Shown in pieces: positions 26,762 through 36,405 of a stretch of 64,000 nucleotides of DNA. The notes beneath the pieces are model-generated. The model saw nothing but the letters and a program-made list of their open reading frames with translations, was not told the DNA's origin and did not search any database. Made by a program: the position numbers and the translations under genes. Every line of letters starts with the position of its first letter. The first letter of the stretch is position 1. This DNA is from Chloroflexaceae bacterium (GTDB lineage Bacteria; Chloroflexota; Chloroflexia; Chloroflexales; Chloroflexaceae), in contig DAOTUE010000011.1 in assembly GCA_034436975.1 (NCBI GenBank), forward strand, positions 68,079 through 132,078, given 5' to 3'.

Positions 26762-26790
26762 TAGACAGCACAGAGGCAGTATGATACAAT
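26762..26790 (+). promoter_or_regulatory. Candidate sigma70-type promoter upstream of glpX
   Basis: TAGACA (26762-26767), 17 nt, TACAAT (26785-26790), with an upstream TG (TGATACAAT). It lies ~115 nt before the glpX ATG. Confidence 0.45.
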
Positions 26791-26904
26791 CGCTACACGA
26801 AAAACACCCGTTTTGTGTCAAACATACGCAGTTCAACGGAAAAGGCAAAGGCTGCCCAACCTGTTGAACCATGAAACACAATCAAGCCACTAAGGGAGAA
26901 AGAC

Positions 26905-27912
26905 ATGCAGATTGAGGGTAATCTTGGCCTGGAGCTGCTGCGGGCCACCGAAGCAGCAGCATTGCGGAGTGGCCGCTGGATGGGGCGAGGTGACAAAGAA
27001 GGGTGCGACCACGCGGCGGTAGAAGCGATGCGGTTTGCGCTACAAAGTGTCCCGATGAAAGGAACAGTGGTTATTGGCGAAGGGGAAAAAGACCACGCCC
27101 CCATGCTTTATACCGGCGAAGAAGTTGGCGTGGGAGAAGGAGTCGAGATGGATGTTGCGGTTGACCCGGTGGAGGGGACAACCCTGCTTGCCGAAGGGAT
27201 GCACGGGGCTATCTCGGTGATTGCGGCGGCGGAGCGCGGCTCGCTCTACAACTGGGAGGGGCTGGCCTATATGGATAAGCTCGTTGTAGGCGAAGGGGCA
27301 CGGGGAGCTATTGATATTGAGGCCCCGGTTGCTGTGAATATCCGCAGTGTGGCTCGCTCGCTTGGCAAAGAGATTGGCGATATTACCGTTGTGGTCCTGG
27401 ACCGTCCTCGCCACAAAGATCTCATCCGCCAGATTCGCGCCACTGGCGCACGGATTAAACTCATCATCCACGGCGACGTATCGGCTGGCGTGATGACTTC
27501 GATTGAAGAGCCGCCCGCCGATATTTTGATGGGCATTGGCGGGGCCCCCGAAGCCGTCATTACCGCCTGCGCCATCAAATGCACCGGAGGCGAAATCCAG
27601 TGCAAAGTCTGGCCGCGTAACGACGAGGAGCGGGCCCTCATCCAGGAGAAAAACATTGATGCGAGTCGCGTCTACCTGACCGATGATCTGGTCCGTAGCA
27701 ACAATGTCTTTTTTGCTGCAACTGGCATCACTCCCAGCGAGTTTCTTGAAGGGGTGGAGTATTTGCGGCGAGGGGCCCGGAGCCACAGTGTGGTGATGCG
27801 CTCGACAACCGGCACGGTGCGCTATATCTCTGCCCGCCACCACTGGGACAAGCTGATGCAGGTTGCCGAATTCCCCTATGATCGGGGGGCAAACCCGATG
27901 CCCCAGTTGTAG
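26905..27912 (+). CDS. glpX: Class II fructose-1,6-bisphosphatase (GlpX type)
   Basis: LELLRATEAAALRSGRWMGRGDKEGCDHAAVEAMR and GEGEKDHAPML motifs are typical of GlpX. 335 aa. Confidence 0.85.
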   Translation: MQIEGNLGLELLRATEAAALRSGRWMGRGDKEGCDHAAVEAMRFALQSVPMKGTVVIGEGEKDHAPMLYTGEEVGVGEGVEMDVAVDPVEGTTLLAEGMHGAISVIAAAERGSLYNWEGLAYMDKLVVGEGARGAIDIEAPVAVNIRSVARSLGKEIGDITVVVLDRPRHKDLIRQIRATGARIKLIIHGDVSAGVMTSIEEPPADILMGIGGAPEAVITACAIKCTGGEIQCKVWPRNDEERALIQEKNIDASRVYLTDDLVRSNNVFFAATGITPSEFLEGVEYLRRGARSHSVVMRSTTGTVRYISARHHWDKLMQVAEFPYDRGANPMPQL

Positions 27913-27929
27913 CACAAGAACAACCTGGT

Positions 27930-29372
27930 ATGAAAGCAAGCTACCGCAACACCAGACCACTCCAATCGTCCCCACTCCTCGCGGCCGTGGCCGCCGTGGT
28001 TGTGGGAGGCATTGTCGGGAGTGGGGCCGCGTTCGGCCCCCTCTATGCCGCCGCGGGGGTGTTCGCCCTGGCTGTCGCCTATGCCTTGCTGACCAGCACA
28101 ATCGTGGGGGTGATGCTCGCCTTCGCCATCATTACCTTGCTACCCTTCGGCACGTTGCCATTCAAGACGATTATCACCCCCAACCTGCTTACCCTGGCCC
28201 TCGGTGGCTTGCTGATGGTCTGGGGGCTACGGATGCTGGCCCGCAGCGACACCTACGAACTACGACTTACCCCCCTGGGGTTGCCTATTCTGGGGTTTCT
28301 TGGGTTTACCCTCTTCTCGCTCATCCGCGGGGCCCACGGCGTGCCCGACCCTCGTACACTGCACAACTACGTCAAATTCATCCTCGGTGTTCTCTTTTTT
28401 TTCAGCGTCGTCAACAGCGTGCGGAACCGCAAGCAGGCCCGTGTTGTCCTGCGTGGATTGATGCTCTGTGGGGGGCTTGCTGCGCTCGTGGGGATTGTTC
28501 TTACCACATTGCCCGACGAGACAGCCCTGCGCCTGCTGGTGCGGCTCGGCCCCATTGGCTATCCGACAATCGGGCGGGTGTTGCGCTACGTTGAGGACAA
28601 CCCGGATGGAATGGAGCGCGTCATTGGCCTGTCGGTTGATCCCAATGGGTTCGGGGGGATGCTCGCGTTGGTGATTGCGCTATCGGTGGCCCAACTTTTC
28701 GCGGCCCGCCCGCTCCTGCGGCGCGACCTGCTCGCCGGACTGGTGGGATCGATGGGCGTGGCCCTGCTCTTCACCTTCTCGCGGGCGGCCCTTTTTGGCA
28801 TTATTGCGGTGGCCCTCTACCTTGCCACAATACGCTACCGTCGTCTCTGGTGGGCAATGCTGGCAATGGGTGTGCTGGCGGCAGGGCTGCTCCTGGGGCT
28901 TGGCCTGGCCGAAGATTTCACCCGGCGGTTGAGCGAGGGCGTGCAGTTTCAAGACCAGGCCCAGCAAATGCGGTTGGCCGAGTTTCAAAATGCCTGGAAC
29001 ATCATCAAACGCTACCCGCTCACAGGCATTGGCTTCGGGCAAGCTCCGGAGATTGACCTGGTGGCGGGCGTGAGCAGTATCTACCTCACCATTGCCGAGC
29101 GGATGGGATTGATCGGACTGGCGATATTCCTCGCAATTGTGGCGGCCTGGCTTATCCACTCCTGGCTGGCCGCACAGCAACTTGATGAGGAGCGGGCCGC
29201 CTGGCTCCTGGGGACGCAGTCCGGCATCATTGCTGCGCTCACTGTCGGACTGGCCGACCACTATTTCTTCAATATCGAATTTAGCCACATGGTCGCCCTC
29301 TTCTGGGGGACGATGGGGTTGGGGATGGCCATTATTGCGCTCCCGGAACAGACCACGCCCCCCAATGATTGA
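27930..29372 (+). CDS. O-antigen ligase/polymerase family (Wzy_C-like) integral membrane protein
   Basis: 480 aa with >=10 TM segments, a conserved-looking LLFTFSRAALFGI segment, and a loop before TGIGFGQ. Confidence 0.65.
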   Translation: MKASYRNTRPLQSSPLLAAVAAVVVGGIVGSGAAFGPLYAAAGVFALAVAYALLTSTIVGVMLAFAIITLLPFGTLPFKTIITPNLLTLALGGLLMVWGLRMLARSDTYELRLTPLGLPILGFLGFTLFSLIRGAHGVPDPRTLHNYVKFILGVLFFFSVVNSVRNRKQARVVLRGLMLCGGLAALVGIVLTTLPDETALRLLVRLGPIGYPTIGRVLRYVEDNPDGMERVIGLSVDPNGFGGMLALVIALSVAQLFAARPLLRRDLLAGLVGSMGVALLFTFSRAALFGIIAVALYLATIRYRRLWWAMLAMGVLAAGLLLGLGLAEDFTRRLSEGVQFQDQAQQMRLAEFQNAWNIIKRYPLTGIGFGQAPEIDLVAGVSSIYLTIAERMGLIGLAIFLAIVAAWLIHSWLAAQQLDEERAAWLLGTQSGIIAALTVGLADHYFFNIEFSHMVALFWGTMGLGMAIIALPEQTTPPND

Positions 29373-29377
29373 TGCTG

Positions 29378-30277
29378 CTACCCATCTGGCCCGTGCCGGT
29401 GGGCGTGGTAGCTGCTGCGAACCAGCGGGTTGCTCTCGATATGACGAAACCCCCGCTTTTTTCCCTCCTGCTCAAAGAAAGCAAATTCTTCGGGGGTAAC
29501 ATAGCGATGGATGGGCCAGTGGTGCGCTGTGGGCGCGAGATATTGCCCGATGGTCATCACGTTGACATCCACACCACGCAACAGATCCATCACCTCCAGA
29601 ACTTCGTCGTTTGTTTCGCCCGCCCCAACCATAATGCCGCTTTTGGTGATGAGACTGGCCTGATGCTGCCTTGCCCGCTCCAACAGTTCCAGGCTCCGGG
29701 CAAAGCTGGCACGGGGGCGAAACCGCGGGAAAATAGATGGGACCGTCTCAACATTGTGATTCAACACGTCTGGTTGCTCATCGAGCACGGCCTGGAGCGC
29801 GTCCCAGTTGCCGGCAAAATCGGGAATGAGCACCTCGACTTTGCAGCCGGGGTGGTGCTGGCGAATGAGGCGGATGCTGCGGGCAAAGAGGCGGGCCCCG
29901 CCGTCGGGCAGGTCGTCGCGGGTGACGGAAGTTAGCACCGCGTGTTTGAGTTTCAGGTAGGCGACAGCGTGGGCAATGTGTTCGGGTTCGTCCTCATCCA
30001 GCGGCTTCGGCTGGCCCTTGCTGATGGCGCAGAAGCGGCAATTGCGAGTGCAGATGTCGCCAAGCAGCAAGAATGTGGCGGTGCGGTGGTTCCAGCATTC
30101 GCCAATGTTGGGGCAACGGGCCTCCTCACAGACGGTGTGGAGGTTCAGGTTTCGCATCAGGCGGACAAGTTCGGCGTGGTTTTCTCCCGTCGGGGCGCGG
30201 ACCTTCATCCAGGTTGGCCGCTGCCGCAAGGGAGAGGGTTCATCGCTGGTTTCTGGCTGTATGATGATGTCGGTCAT
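29378..30277 (-). CDS. lipA: Lipoyl synthase
   Basis: ATG at 30277 (MTDIIIQ). CEEARCPNIGECW and radical-SAM CTRNCRFC cysteine motifs. The upstream part of the ORF-track ORF is repeat-derived. Confidence 0.9.
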   Translation of the reverse strand: MTDIIIQPETSDEPSPLRQRPTWMKVRAPTGENHAELVRLMRNLNLHTVCEEARCPNIGECWNHRTATFLLLGDICTRNCRFCAISKGQPKPLDEDEPEHIAHAVAYLKLKHAVLTSVTRDDLPDGGARLFARSIRLIRQHHPGCKVEVLIPDFAGNWDALQAVLDEQPDVLNHNVETVPSIFPRFRPRASFARSLELLERARQHQASLITKSGIMVGAGETNDEVLEVMDLLRGVDVNVMTIGQYLAPTAHHWPIHRYVTPEEFAFFEQEGKKRGFRHIESNPLVRSSYHAHRHGPDG

Positions 30278-30310
30278 CGGGGTGTTCCTTTCGTTTTTGT
30301 CTCTTGCTGT

Positions 30311-30426
30311 GTAATCGTTCAGGCCCCCCACCTGGCCTTCCCCCAGCGGGGGGTATGCATCGGGGCAAGCGAGACGCTTGCGCTTCCAGGGATCAGGGAT
30401 TGCCCGAACACAGGGAACGTTTTCAC
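30311..30426 (+). mobile_element. Family-A MITE-like element, copy A2
   Basis: It starts GTAATCGTTCAGGCCCCCCACCTGG, contains the GCAAGCGAGACGCTTGC hairpin, and ends GGGAACGTTTTCAC. It fills the gap between the nuclease-like gene and lipA. Confidence 0.75.
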
Positions 30427-30992
30427 CGCTTCTGTTTCCGAGCGGGTTTGTCCTTCTTTTGTTGTTTCTGGTCTTGTGTCTGGCGCAGAAAATCGCCGAG
30501 ATCCTCATTTCGTTCAATGGCGTAGTTTTCTGCGCCAAAGAGATCTTCTAGCGGGTCTTTGAATTTTTTTACCTCTTTTTTCGGCATGCTCCCATGCATC
30601 AAGATGTATCCCTTCAGGTGGACCCGTTCCCAGAGCCGGGGAGAGATTGCAGATCGGGCCAGAGTGTTGAGTGCATGGTATGTTGTCTCAATTTGTTTCA
30701 CCGCTTCAGCGATCTCTCTTCCCTTCAATTCTACCAGACAGAGGACAATTTCCTTGCTTTCATTGGCAAAAAAAACGAGCAAATCACAGATGGGTTCTTC
30801 TGATAGTCGAAGTTTTTGACGCATCAGACACGGTGCATTGCGTTGCTGCTGATCATCTATGGGAAAAAAGAGGATGGTTTCTCCTGGACCTGGTGCCATT
30901 CTTACATTACCACGGGCCCTGGGGTCAGGGTCTCGAAAACTCGTTCCATGTTTCAGGCATGTGAGCAGCAACGTATTGAAAGGCATTGGCAC
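30423..30992 (-). CDS. Putative PD-(D/E)xK-fold nuclease (third gene of the ATPase cassette)
   Basis: 189 aa. PICD70LLVFFANESKEIVLCLVE88LK90GREIAEAVKQI fits the strand-D / strand-ExK / helix core. Lys-rich C-terminal tail. GGAGGG RBS 9 nt upstream. Confidence 0.55.
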   Translation of the reverse strand: MPMPFNTLLLTCLKHGTSFRDPDPRARGNVRMAPGPGETILFFPIDDQQQRNAPCLMRQKLRLSEEPICDLLVFFANESKEIVLCLVELKGREIAEAVKQIETTYHALNTLARSAISPRLWERVHLKGYILMHGSMPKKEVKKFKDPLEDLFGAENYAIERNEDLGDFLRQTQDQKQQKKDKPARKQKR

Positions 30993-31007
30993 AAACCCTC
31001 CAAACCC

Positions 31008-32408
31008 TCAAAGATCAAAGTAGATGCGAGTAAGACGGTCCGCGATATTCCCAAACGTTGTCCAATCTATCATTTCCTCTTTCTGCAAGACACTCTTAAC
31101 CGTCCCCTGGTCCACAAGATAGGCCCCAACATTCGCCCGATCAATAAATGCATCTGATTGCTGCAAGAAGAACTTTTCGCGGATTTCTTCCGGGTCGGGG
31201 TGGGCCGCAGCAGCCATCAGGTTTTCCAGATGATCAACGATATAGGGGCTGTGGGTTGTTATCAGCACAGAAACCCCGGCATTGACGAGCATAGCAAGAA
31301 ACTCGGTCATCTTTACCTGCACCTCCGGGTGCAGGTTCATCTCCGGTTCGTCTATGATAATCAAATCGTTTTTTGTGGCGACGTAGCGCAGGTAGAGCAC
31401 GAGCGGGGCAAGGTCTTTGACCATTGAGGACACCACAGACATATCGAGCGCACCACGCCGGGGCACCTGAAAGAGCAAATCGCGATGGAGATCTGGCTCC
31501 GGGGTGGAGAAATTGAGCGTCCCACCGAGAATGTCATGCTCCAGAAGGGAAGCCAGGTCGAGATAGTTCTGGATTGTCGGGGTTGTTTCTGTCTGTTTTT
31601 CCCTTCTTGCCAGACTGCTCCGGAAAATGTTTTCCATCAATCGGACGAAATCAGCGACCGGCACTGGCATCAATCGCCGTGGTTCTTCTTTTTGTATTGC
31701 CTCTCTGGTCTTTGCCAGTTCATCCGAAGGGATAAGCTGAGGCCGATAGGTGATAAACGTTGTTCGATCTGTGGGAAAAATATGAATACTGGTGTAGAGC
31801 ATCTGGTGCAACACACCGAAAATAGTGCCAAAGACAAACTCTTTGATAACCCTATCTGGCAACTTTTCCTGGACATCCGCTCCGGCAGTTGTGTAAAAAT
31901 AGCAGGCCGGATCGTCCGTCGCTTTGCTGGCATTCAGCAAAGCCGTTTCTTTACGCTGACCAACAGAGAGCTTGAACTCCACCGCAAAAGATCGCGCCTG
32001 TTGCAATAACCGTTCTTTCCTCTCCCCTGGCTCTACCGTTATCTCAAGGTCTGCAAACGACACCCGCTCTGTGCCCATAAATTCCTGCATCCACTGGCGG
32101 GCAAGTCGCGCAACGTCGTTGAAATAGTCCTGCGCGCAGGTGTCGGCAAACTGCACCATGTCAATTTTTGCATTGCCCTCATTGAGGAGTTGCTGGAAGG
32201 CCTGCTCCAGCGGGGGATAGGAAACCTGTGTTTGCCCATCCAGATAGCCCCTCAGATACCGTTGCCAGCCGTAGGAGCCCAAAACCCCTGCCAGGACGTA
32301 GGCAATCCAGGACTTGCCCGAATTGTTCGGGCCAATAAAGAGCGTGAGCGGCTTGAGAACAAGGTCCGCCTCGCCAATCGGCCCCAGGTTTTTGATAGAG
32401 ATATTCAC
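31008..32408 (-). CDS. ABC/SMC-like ATPase (AAA_21/AAA_15-type) with long helical insertion
   Basis: GTG start with GGAGGA RBS. Walker A GPNNSGK32S, Q-loop-like IFPTDR, degenerate signature VVSSMVKDL, Walker B DLIIIDEPEMNLHP, H-loop TTHSPY. Confidence 0.8.
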   Translation of the reverse strand: MNISIKNLGPIGEADLVLKPLTLFIGPNNSGKSWIAYVLAGVLGSYGWQRYLRGYLDGQTQVSYPPLEQAFQQLLNEGNAKIDMVQFADTCAQDYFNDVARLARQWMQEFMGTERVSFADLEITVEPGERKERLLQQARSFAVEFKLSVGQRKETALLNASKATDDPACYFYTTAGADVQEKLPDRVIKEFVFGTIFGVLHQMLYTSIHIFPTDRTTFITYRPQLIPSDELAKTREAIQKEEPRRLMPVPVADFVRLMENIFRSSLARREKQTETTPTIQNYLDLASLLEHDILGGTLNFSTPEPDLHRDLLFQVPRRGALDMSVVSSMVKDLAPLVLYLRYVATKNDLIIIDEPEMNLHPEVQVKMTEFLAMLVNAGVSVLITTHSPYIVDHLENLMAAAAHPDPEEIREKFFLQQSDAFIDRANVGAYLVDQGTVKSVLQKEEMIDWTTFGNIADRLTRIYFDL

Positions 32409-32641
32409 TCCTCCGGAGCCTCCTGCAAAAACCGCTTGAGCGTCCGCAATATCGCTCCAATCATGTGCTCCCCGACCACCTCTAGCTGAACCTTGATGTA
32501 GCTATGGGTATTCATTCGCTCATTGACCTCTACCATTTCTTCATGGAAAATCTTCATAAAGACATCTTCATGCTGCTCGATATAGGCAATGAGTTCATCT
32601 CGGATTATTCTTACAATAATGTCGCGTATGCGCTGTTTCAT
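32405..32641 (-). CDS. Small acidic helical protein (first gene of the ATPase-nuclease cassette)
   Basis: 78-aa ORF with an AAGGA RBS, starting 10 nt after the lipB stop. Its TGA overlaps the GTG of the ATPase gene (GTGA). Confidence 0.55.
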   Translation of the reverse strand: MKQRIRDIIVRIIRDELIAYIEQHEDVFMKIFHEEMVEVNERMNTHSYIKVQLEVVGEHMIGAILRTLKRFLQEAPEE

Positions 32642-32651
32642 ATATCCTTAT

Positions 32652-33440
32652 TCAAAAGATAGAAGAGTATCGCTCGTGGCCAATCGTTTCAATCGGGTCT
32701 ATTCCAAACACCTCGGCAAAATGGGCGACAACCTGCCTTACTACCTCTGCCATCGGCGGTGCGCCCCCCAGAAGCTGCTCCAGCGAGGTGACACGGGAGT
32801 TTTGAATGCCACAGGGGATGATCGTCTGGAAACCATGCATCTCTGGCGCAACATTCAGGGCAAAGCCATGCGAGGTGATGCCGCTGGCACTGAGCCGCAC
32901 GCCAATAGCCGCAATTTTAGCGGGAGCTTTCCCCTCAAGCCCAACCCACACCCCGGTAAGCCCCTCGACCCGTCCACCAGCAATCCCATATGTGCCCAGC
33001 GTCCGGATAAGGACCTCTTCGAGATTGCGGAGATACTGAAGTACATTGCCGCCATAGTGAGCCAGTTTGAGCACGGGGTAGCCCACAAGTTGCCCTGGTG
33101 CATGGTAGGTAACATCGCCGCCCCGGTCACTCTCAACCAGGTCAATCCCCTGGCGGGCGAGGTCGTCGGGGGAGAGCAAAATGTGTTCGCTGTGTGCCGC
33201 TCGCCCCAGGGTAATCGTGGGGGGGTGTTCCAGGAGTAAGAGCGTATCGGAACCATCGCCCGCCGATCGCTCGGCCACAAGTTGTTGCTGCCATCGCCAG
33301 GCCTGCCGGTAGTCAACCAGCCCCCCTATCAGGCGCACCAGCAGGCGGTATTTCCCTCTGTCGTCTCCCCGCCCACCTTCTCCCTTTCCAGCAAAAGGGA
33401 GAGGGGCCTGGTTTCTATCTTCTCCGTTTGTCAAACCCAT
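32652..33440 (-). CDS. lipB: Octanoyltransferase (lipoate-protein ligase B)
   Basis: LLLLEHPPTITLGR, DRGGDVTYHAPGQLVGYPVL and PCGI motifs. The start is uncertain: the first ~30 aa are low complexity, and an internal GTG near 33329 is possible. Confidence 0.85.
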   Translation of the reverse strand: MGLTNGEDRNQAPLPFAGKGEGGRGDDRGKYRLLVRLIGGLVDYRQAWRWQQQLVAERSAGDGSDTLLLLEHPPTITLGRAAHSEHILLSPDDLARQGIDLVESDRGGDVTYHAPGQLVGYPVLKLAHYGGNVLQYLRNLEEVLIRTLGTYGIAGGRVEGLTGVWVGLEGKAPAKIAAIGVRLSASGITSHGFALNVAPEMHGFQTIIPCGIQNSRVTSLEQLLGGAPPMAEVVRQVVAHFAEVFGIDPIETIGHERYSSIF

Positions 33441-33625
33441 CTTGCTGTATAATTGTTCCTGTTTTGGGGTAAATCCTGGGAGTGCACGTGTCTCGTTTGC
33501 ATTGGAGCGGGCAGGATGCCCGCGCTCCCTGGAACGAGTCCCCCGAATCTGCGCAGTTACCTTGCTGTGCAGTATACCACAGACTGGTATTCAGACGAGT
33601 CAGGGGACAACATGACAACGTGTTG

Positions 33626-33772
33626 GTAAGCGTTCACTGTGTTTGGGCAATTCCCAATCCCTGGGAGCAAAAGCGTCTCACTTGCCCCGATGCGGGTGCG
33701 TCCCTCCCTCTCCCTCTCCCACTCCCTCCCCCCAGTGGAGGGAGGGCAGGTAGGGGGGGGCTGAACGATTAC
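33626..33772 (-). mobile_element. Family-A MITE-like element, copy A3 (inverted orientation)
   Basis: The plus strand starts GTAAGCGTTCACTG and ends CTGAACGATTAC. The interior carries GCAAAAGCGTCTCACTTGC and long C-run/G-run segments. Confidence 0.75.
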
Positions 33773-33797
33773 ACATGTTGTGTTCTCAATACAGCCA

Positions 33798-33825
33798 TTG
33801 TGCTATCCCTGAGATTTGGTATACT
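33798..33825 (+). promoter_or_regulatory. Candidate extended -10 promoter of the che cluster
   Basis: TTGTGC, 16 nt, TGGTATACT (-10 TATACT at 33820-33825), about 40 nt upstream of cheW. Confidence 0.3.
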
Positions 33826-33863
33826 ACTAATATGATGGTTCCTTGTGGATGGGGAAAAGCAAT

Positions 33864-34367
33864 ATGGCTGTTGTCGAACCCGACGAAATAATCAGCGCAA
33901 CCAGCAAGACAGCAGGCAACAATGAGAGCCTGACCAGCTATCTCTTGCTGAAACTGGGCGAGGAACTCTATTGTGTTCGGGGGACCGATGTCCGCGAGAT
34001 AGCCCGCTGGCGTGAGCCGGTGCTGGTGCCCGGTGCGTCTCCCTCGCTCCCCGGCATCATCAACCAGCGTGGAGTGGTGTTGCCCGTCATTGATCTGCGG
34101 GTTATGCTAGGGTTGCCCCAGAATGCGCCCGAACGATCCACCCGCTATGTCATTGTCCGTACCGAGGGGGTTGAGATGGCTCTGCTGGTTGAGGGAGTAA
34201 CAGACCTGGTCAACCTGTCGGCCAGCGACTTCAAGCCAGTGCCGGCGGGCCTCAACCCGCAGCAAGCCCGCTTTCTTTATGCTGTTGCCCATCTGGAAAG
34301 CGATGATCGGCCCGTTGCGCTCCTCGATCTTGCTGCAATGATCACCACGCTCCGCGATGGGGGCTGA
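33864..34367 (+). CDS. cheW: Chemotaxis coupling protein CheW
   Basis: CheW-like domain (YLLLKLGEELYCV...PGIINQRGVVLPVIDLR...VIVRTEGVEMALLVEGVTDLV). The start is ambiguous (33843 TTG, 33849 or 33864 ATG). Confidence 0.8.
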   Translation: MAVVEPDEIISATSKTAGNNESLTSYLLLKLGEELYCVRGTDVREIARWREPVLVPGASPSLPGIINQRGVVLPVIDLRVMLGLPQNAPERSTRYVIVRTEGVEMALLVEGVTDLVNLSASDFKPVPAGLNPQQARFLYAVAHLESDDRPVALLDLAAMITTLRDGG

Positions 34368-34371
34368 CCCG

Positions 34372-34857
34372 ATGTCCTACGCTGGCCTGCTGCTTATCGT
34401 TATTACCCGCCTGCATCGCTACGTTGTCCGACGCGAGCATATGCTCGAGCTACGGGTTGTGGCAAGCGAGACCGACCTGGAACGACCCGACGAGCACGGC
34501 AAACCACTCGAACGCTGCGAACTGGCCCCCCTGCTCGACCTGCACGATACCCCCACCAGCACCCGCCGTCACGCGCTCATTGTCCCCTCCCATCTGGGCA
34601 GTGTCGCATTTCTGGTTGACCGTATTGAAGATATACAACGCGAAACCAGTACAACAACGATGCAGCCCATGCCCTCGCTCTTTGCACGGCAGTTAAAGCG
34701 GCCCTGGTTCCTGGGGGTCTTTGTGCTGGAGGAAACGCCATTGCTTGTGCTCGACCTGCGCCAGCTTGCCCAGGATGTTTTGATACAGAGAAATGAGGAA
34801 CACGAGGAACACAAAAAACGCGAACAGGAGTCCACGTTATTATGGAACAATCTATGA
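34372..34857 (+). CDS. Divergent CheW-like protein
   Basis: [21 protein letters not shown]...[23 protein letters not shown] follows the CheW fold pattern but is divergent. Alternative ATG at 34357. Confidence 0.6.
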   Translation: MSYAGLLLIVITRLHRYVVRREHMLELRVVASETDLERPDEHGKPLERCELAPLLDLHDTPTSTRRHALIVPSHLGSVAFLVDRIEDIQRETSTTTMQPMPSLFARQLKRPWFLGVFVLEETPLLVLDLRQLAQDVLIQRNEEHEEHKKREQESTLLWNNL

Positions 34858-36368
34858 CCAGTTCACCAGCCAGTTCACCCGATGTCTCGGTGCAAAAAAA
34901 TCAGAACAAAAAACACTCCGACCCGAAACTGGCCGGCAAACATATTATTGAGCGGGATATAGCCTACCTCATCAAGCGACTTGCCATCATCACGGGGGGG
35001 ATTACGCTGGCGAGTTCGCTAGTTATCGCGGTGGTGCAAATCCTGAGTCCCCAACGGCCCCTGCTGCTGCCCACCAGTCTGGTTGCGCTGCTTATTGTAT
35101 TTGTCTGCGGCTTGACACTGCTTCTGGTTTGGCGCGGGCAAACTTCCATCGCAACCCATATCTACTCCTACGGGCTGGTGTTGACGTGTAGTGTGGCTAT
35201 GATCGTCTATGGAGGTCCGCAGGGGCCCGTGGTCATTGGCTATTTTGCGCCCATCGCCGCTGCCGGCCTGCTCGGACGTAGCCGCGACGCGCTCTTTGTC
35301 AGCCTCTTTGCGCTGCTCTGCTATGTTGCGCTCATTGTTGCTCAGCAGGGGTTCGGGGTGCAGCCGCTCGCCAGCAAGGGCAACCCGTTTATGTTCCTGG
35401 TTTTCTTCCTGGCATCGGGGGGCATCCTGGCCTATCTCTCCGGCGTGACCAGCCACGAGCTGACCCAGGCGTTGCTCAACTCAAGCAAACAGGCCAGCGA
35501 CCTGCTGGAGCGCACCCATCAGCTTGAGGACAAGAACAACCAGCAAATTGAGCTGGGCAGCGAACTTTCTGCCGCCGCCTCGCAGCTCCAGATCACCTCG
35601 CAGCAGCAGGCCAGCGGGGCAACCGAGCAGGCCAGCGCGGTTTCGCAGGTCAGCACCACGGTGGAGGAGCTGGGAGCAACGGCCCGCCAGATTGCGCAGT
35701 CGGCGGAGAATGTGGCCCAGGCCGCCCAGCAAACCCTGGAGCACCTGAGCAACGGGCAGGGAGCCGTGGATGAGAGCGTCCAGGCAATGGAGCGTATTCG
35801 TGTGCGAATGCAGGATATTTCAACACGGGTGCTCAGTCTTGGCGAACGTTCGCAGCAAATCGGCGAAATTATTGACCTGATAGACGATATTTCCGATGAA
35901 ACCCACCTGCTCGCGCTCAATGCCGCCATCGAAGCCGCTGGCGCGGGCGAACACGGGCGACGCTTTGCCGTGGTTGCCGCCGAAGTCAAAAGCCTGGCCA
36001 ATCGCACCCTCGCTGCGGCAAAGGAAGTCCAGGGGGTGATAGCCGAAATTCGGCAGGCAACCAATGCCGCCGTCCTGGCCGCGGAAGAGGGGGGCAAGGA
36101 AGTTGAGCGTGGGGCCGAACTCTCCTACCGCGCCGGGCAGGTGATGGATACGATCCTGATGGTTGCCGAACGCACGGCCCAGAGCGGGTCTGAAATTGGT
36201 ATGGCAACGGCGCAGCAGCAGAGCGCGAGCGAACAAGTTGTCGAGGCCATGCGCGAGATTGCCGAGGTGGCCCGTCAATCTGCATCAGGCGCACGCCAGA
36301 TGGCCGAGTCGGCTTCGATGTTGACAGCCATTGCCGACCGTCTGCACGGAATTACGCAGCAAGAATAG
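34854..36368 (+). CDS. Methyl-accepting chemotaxis protein with ~6 TM segments and no periplasmic domain
   Basis: ATGA overlap with the preceding gene. Conserved signalling hairpin ([37 protein letters not shown]). Confidence 0.85.
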   Translation: MTSSPASSPDVSVQKNQNKKHSDPKLAGKHIIERDIAYLIKRLAIITGGITLASSLVIAVVQILSPQRPLLLPTSLVALLIVFVCGLTLLLVWRGQTSIATHIYSYGLVLTCSVAMIVYGGPQGPVVIGYFAPIAAAGLLGRSRDALFVSLFALLCYVALIVAQQGFGVQPLASKGNPFMFLVFFLASGGILAYLSGVTSHELTQALLNSSKQASDLLERTHQLEDKNNQQIELGSELSAAASQLQITSQQQASGATEQASAVSQVSTTVEELGATARQIAQSAENVAQAAQQTLEHLSNGQGAVDESVQAMERIRVRMQDISTRVLSLGERSQQIGEIIDLIDDISDETHLLALNAAIEAAGAGEHGRRFAVVAAEVKSLANRTLAAAKEVQGVIAEIRQATNAAVLAAEEGGKEVERGAELSYRAGQVMDTILMVAERTAQSGSEIGMATAQQQSASEQVVEAMREIAEVARQSASGARQMAESASMLTAIADRLHGITQQE

Positions 36369-36405
36369 ACCGGACGAAAAACCGGAACGTTACCCTGTGA
36401 TCCTA

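Noticed and set aside
27040-28101. 353-aa minus-strand ORF over glpX and the O-antigen-ligase-like gene start
   Set aside because: It is an antisense shadow spanning two well-supported plus-strand genes.
30278-30538. N-terminal 87-aa extension of the lipA ORF in the ORF track
   Set aside because: The extension is a translation of the family-A repeat (the GGLNDY peptide recurs in other repeat-derived ORFs). The ATG at 30277 gives a canonical LipA N-terminus.
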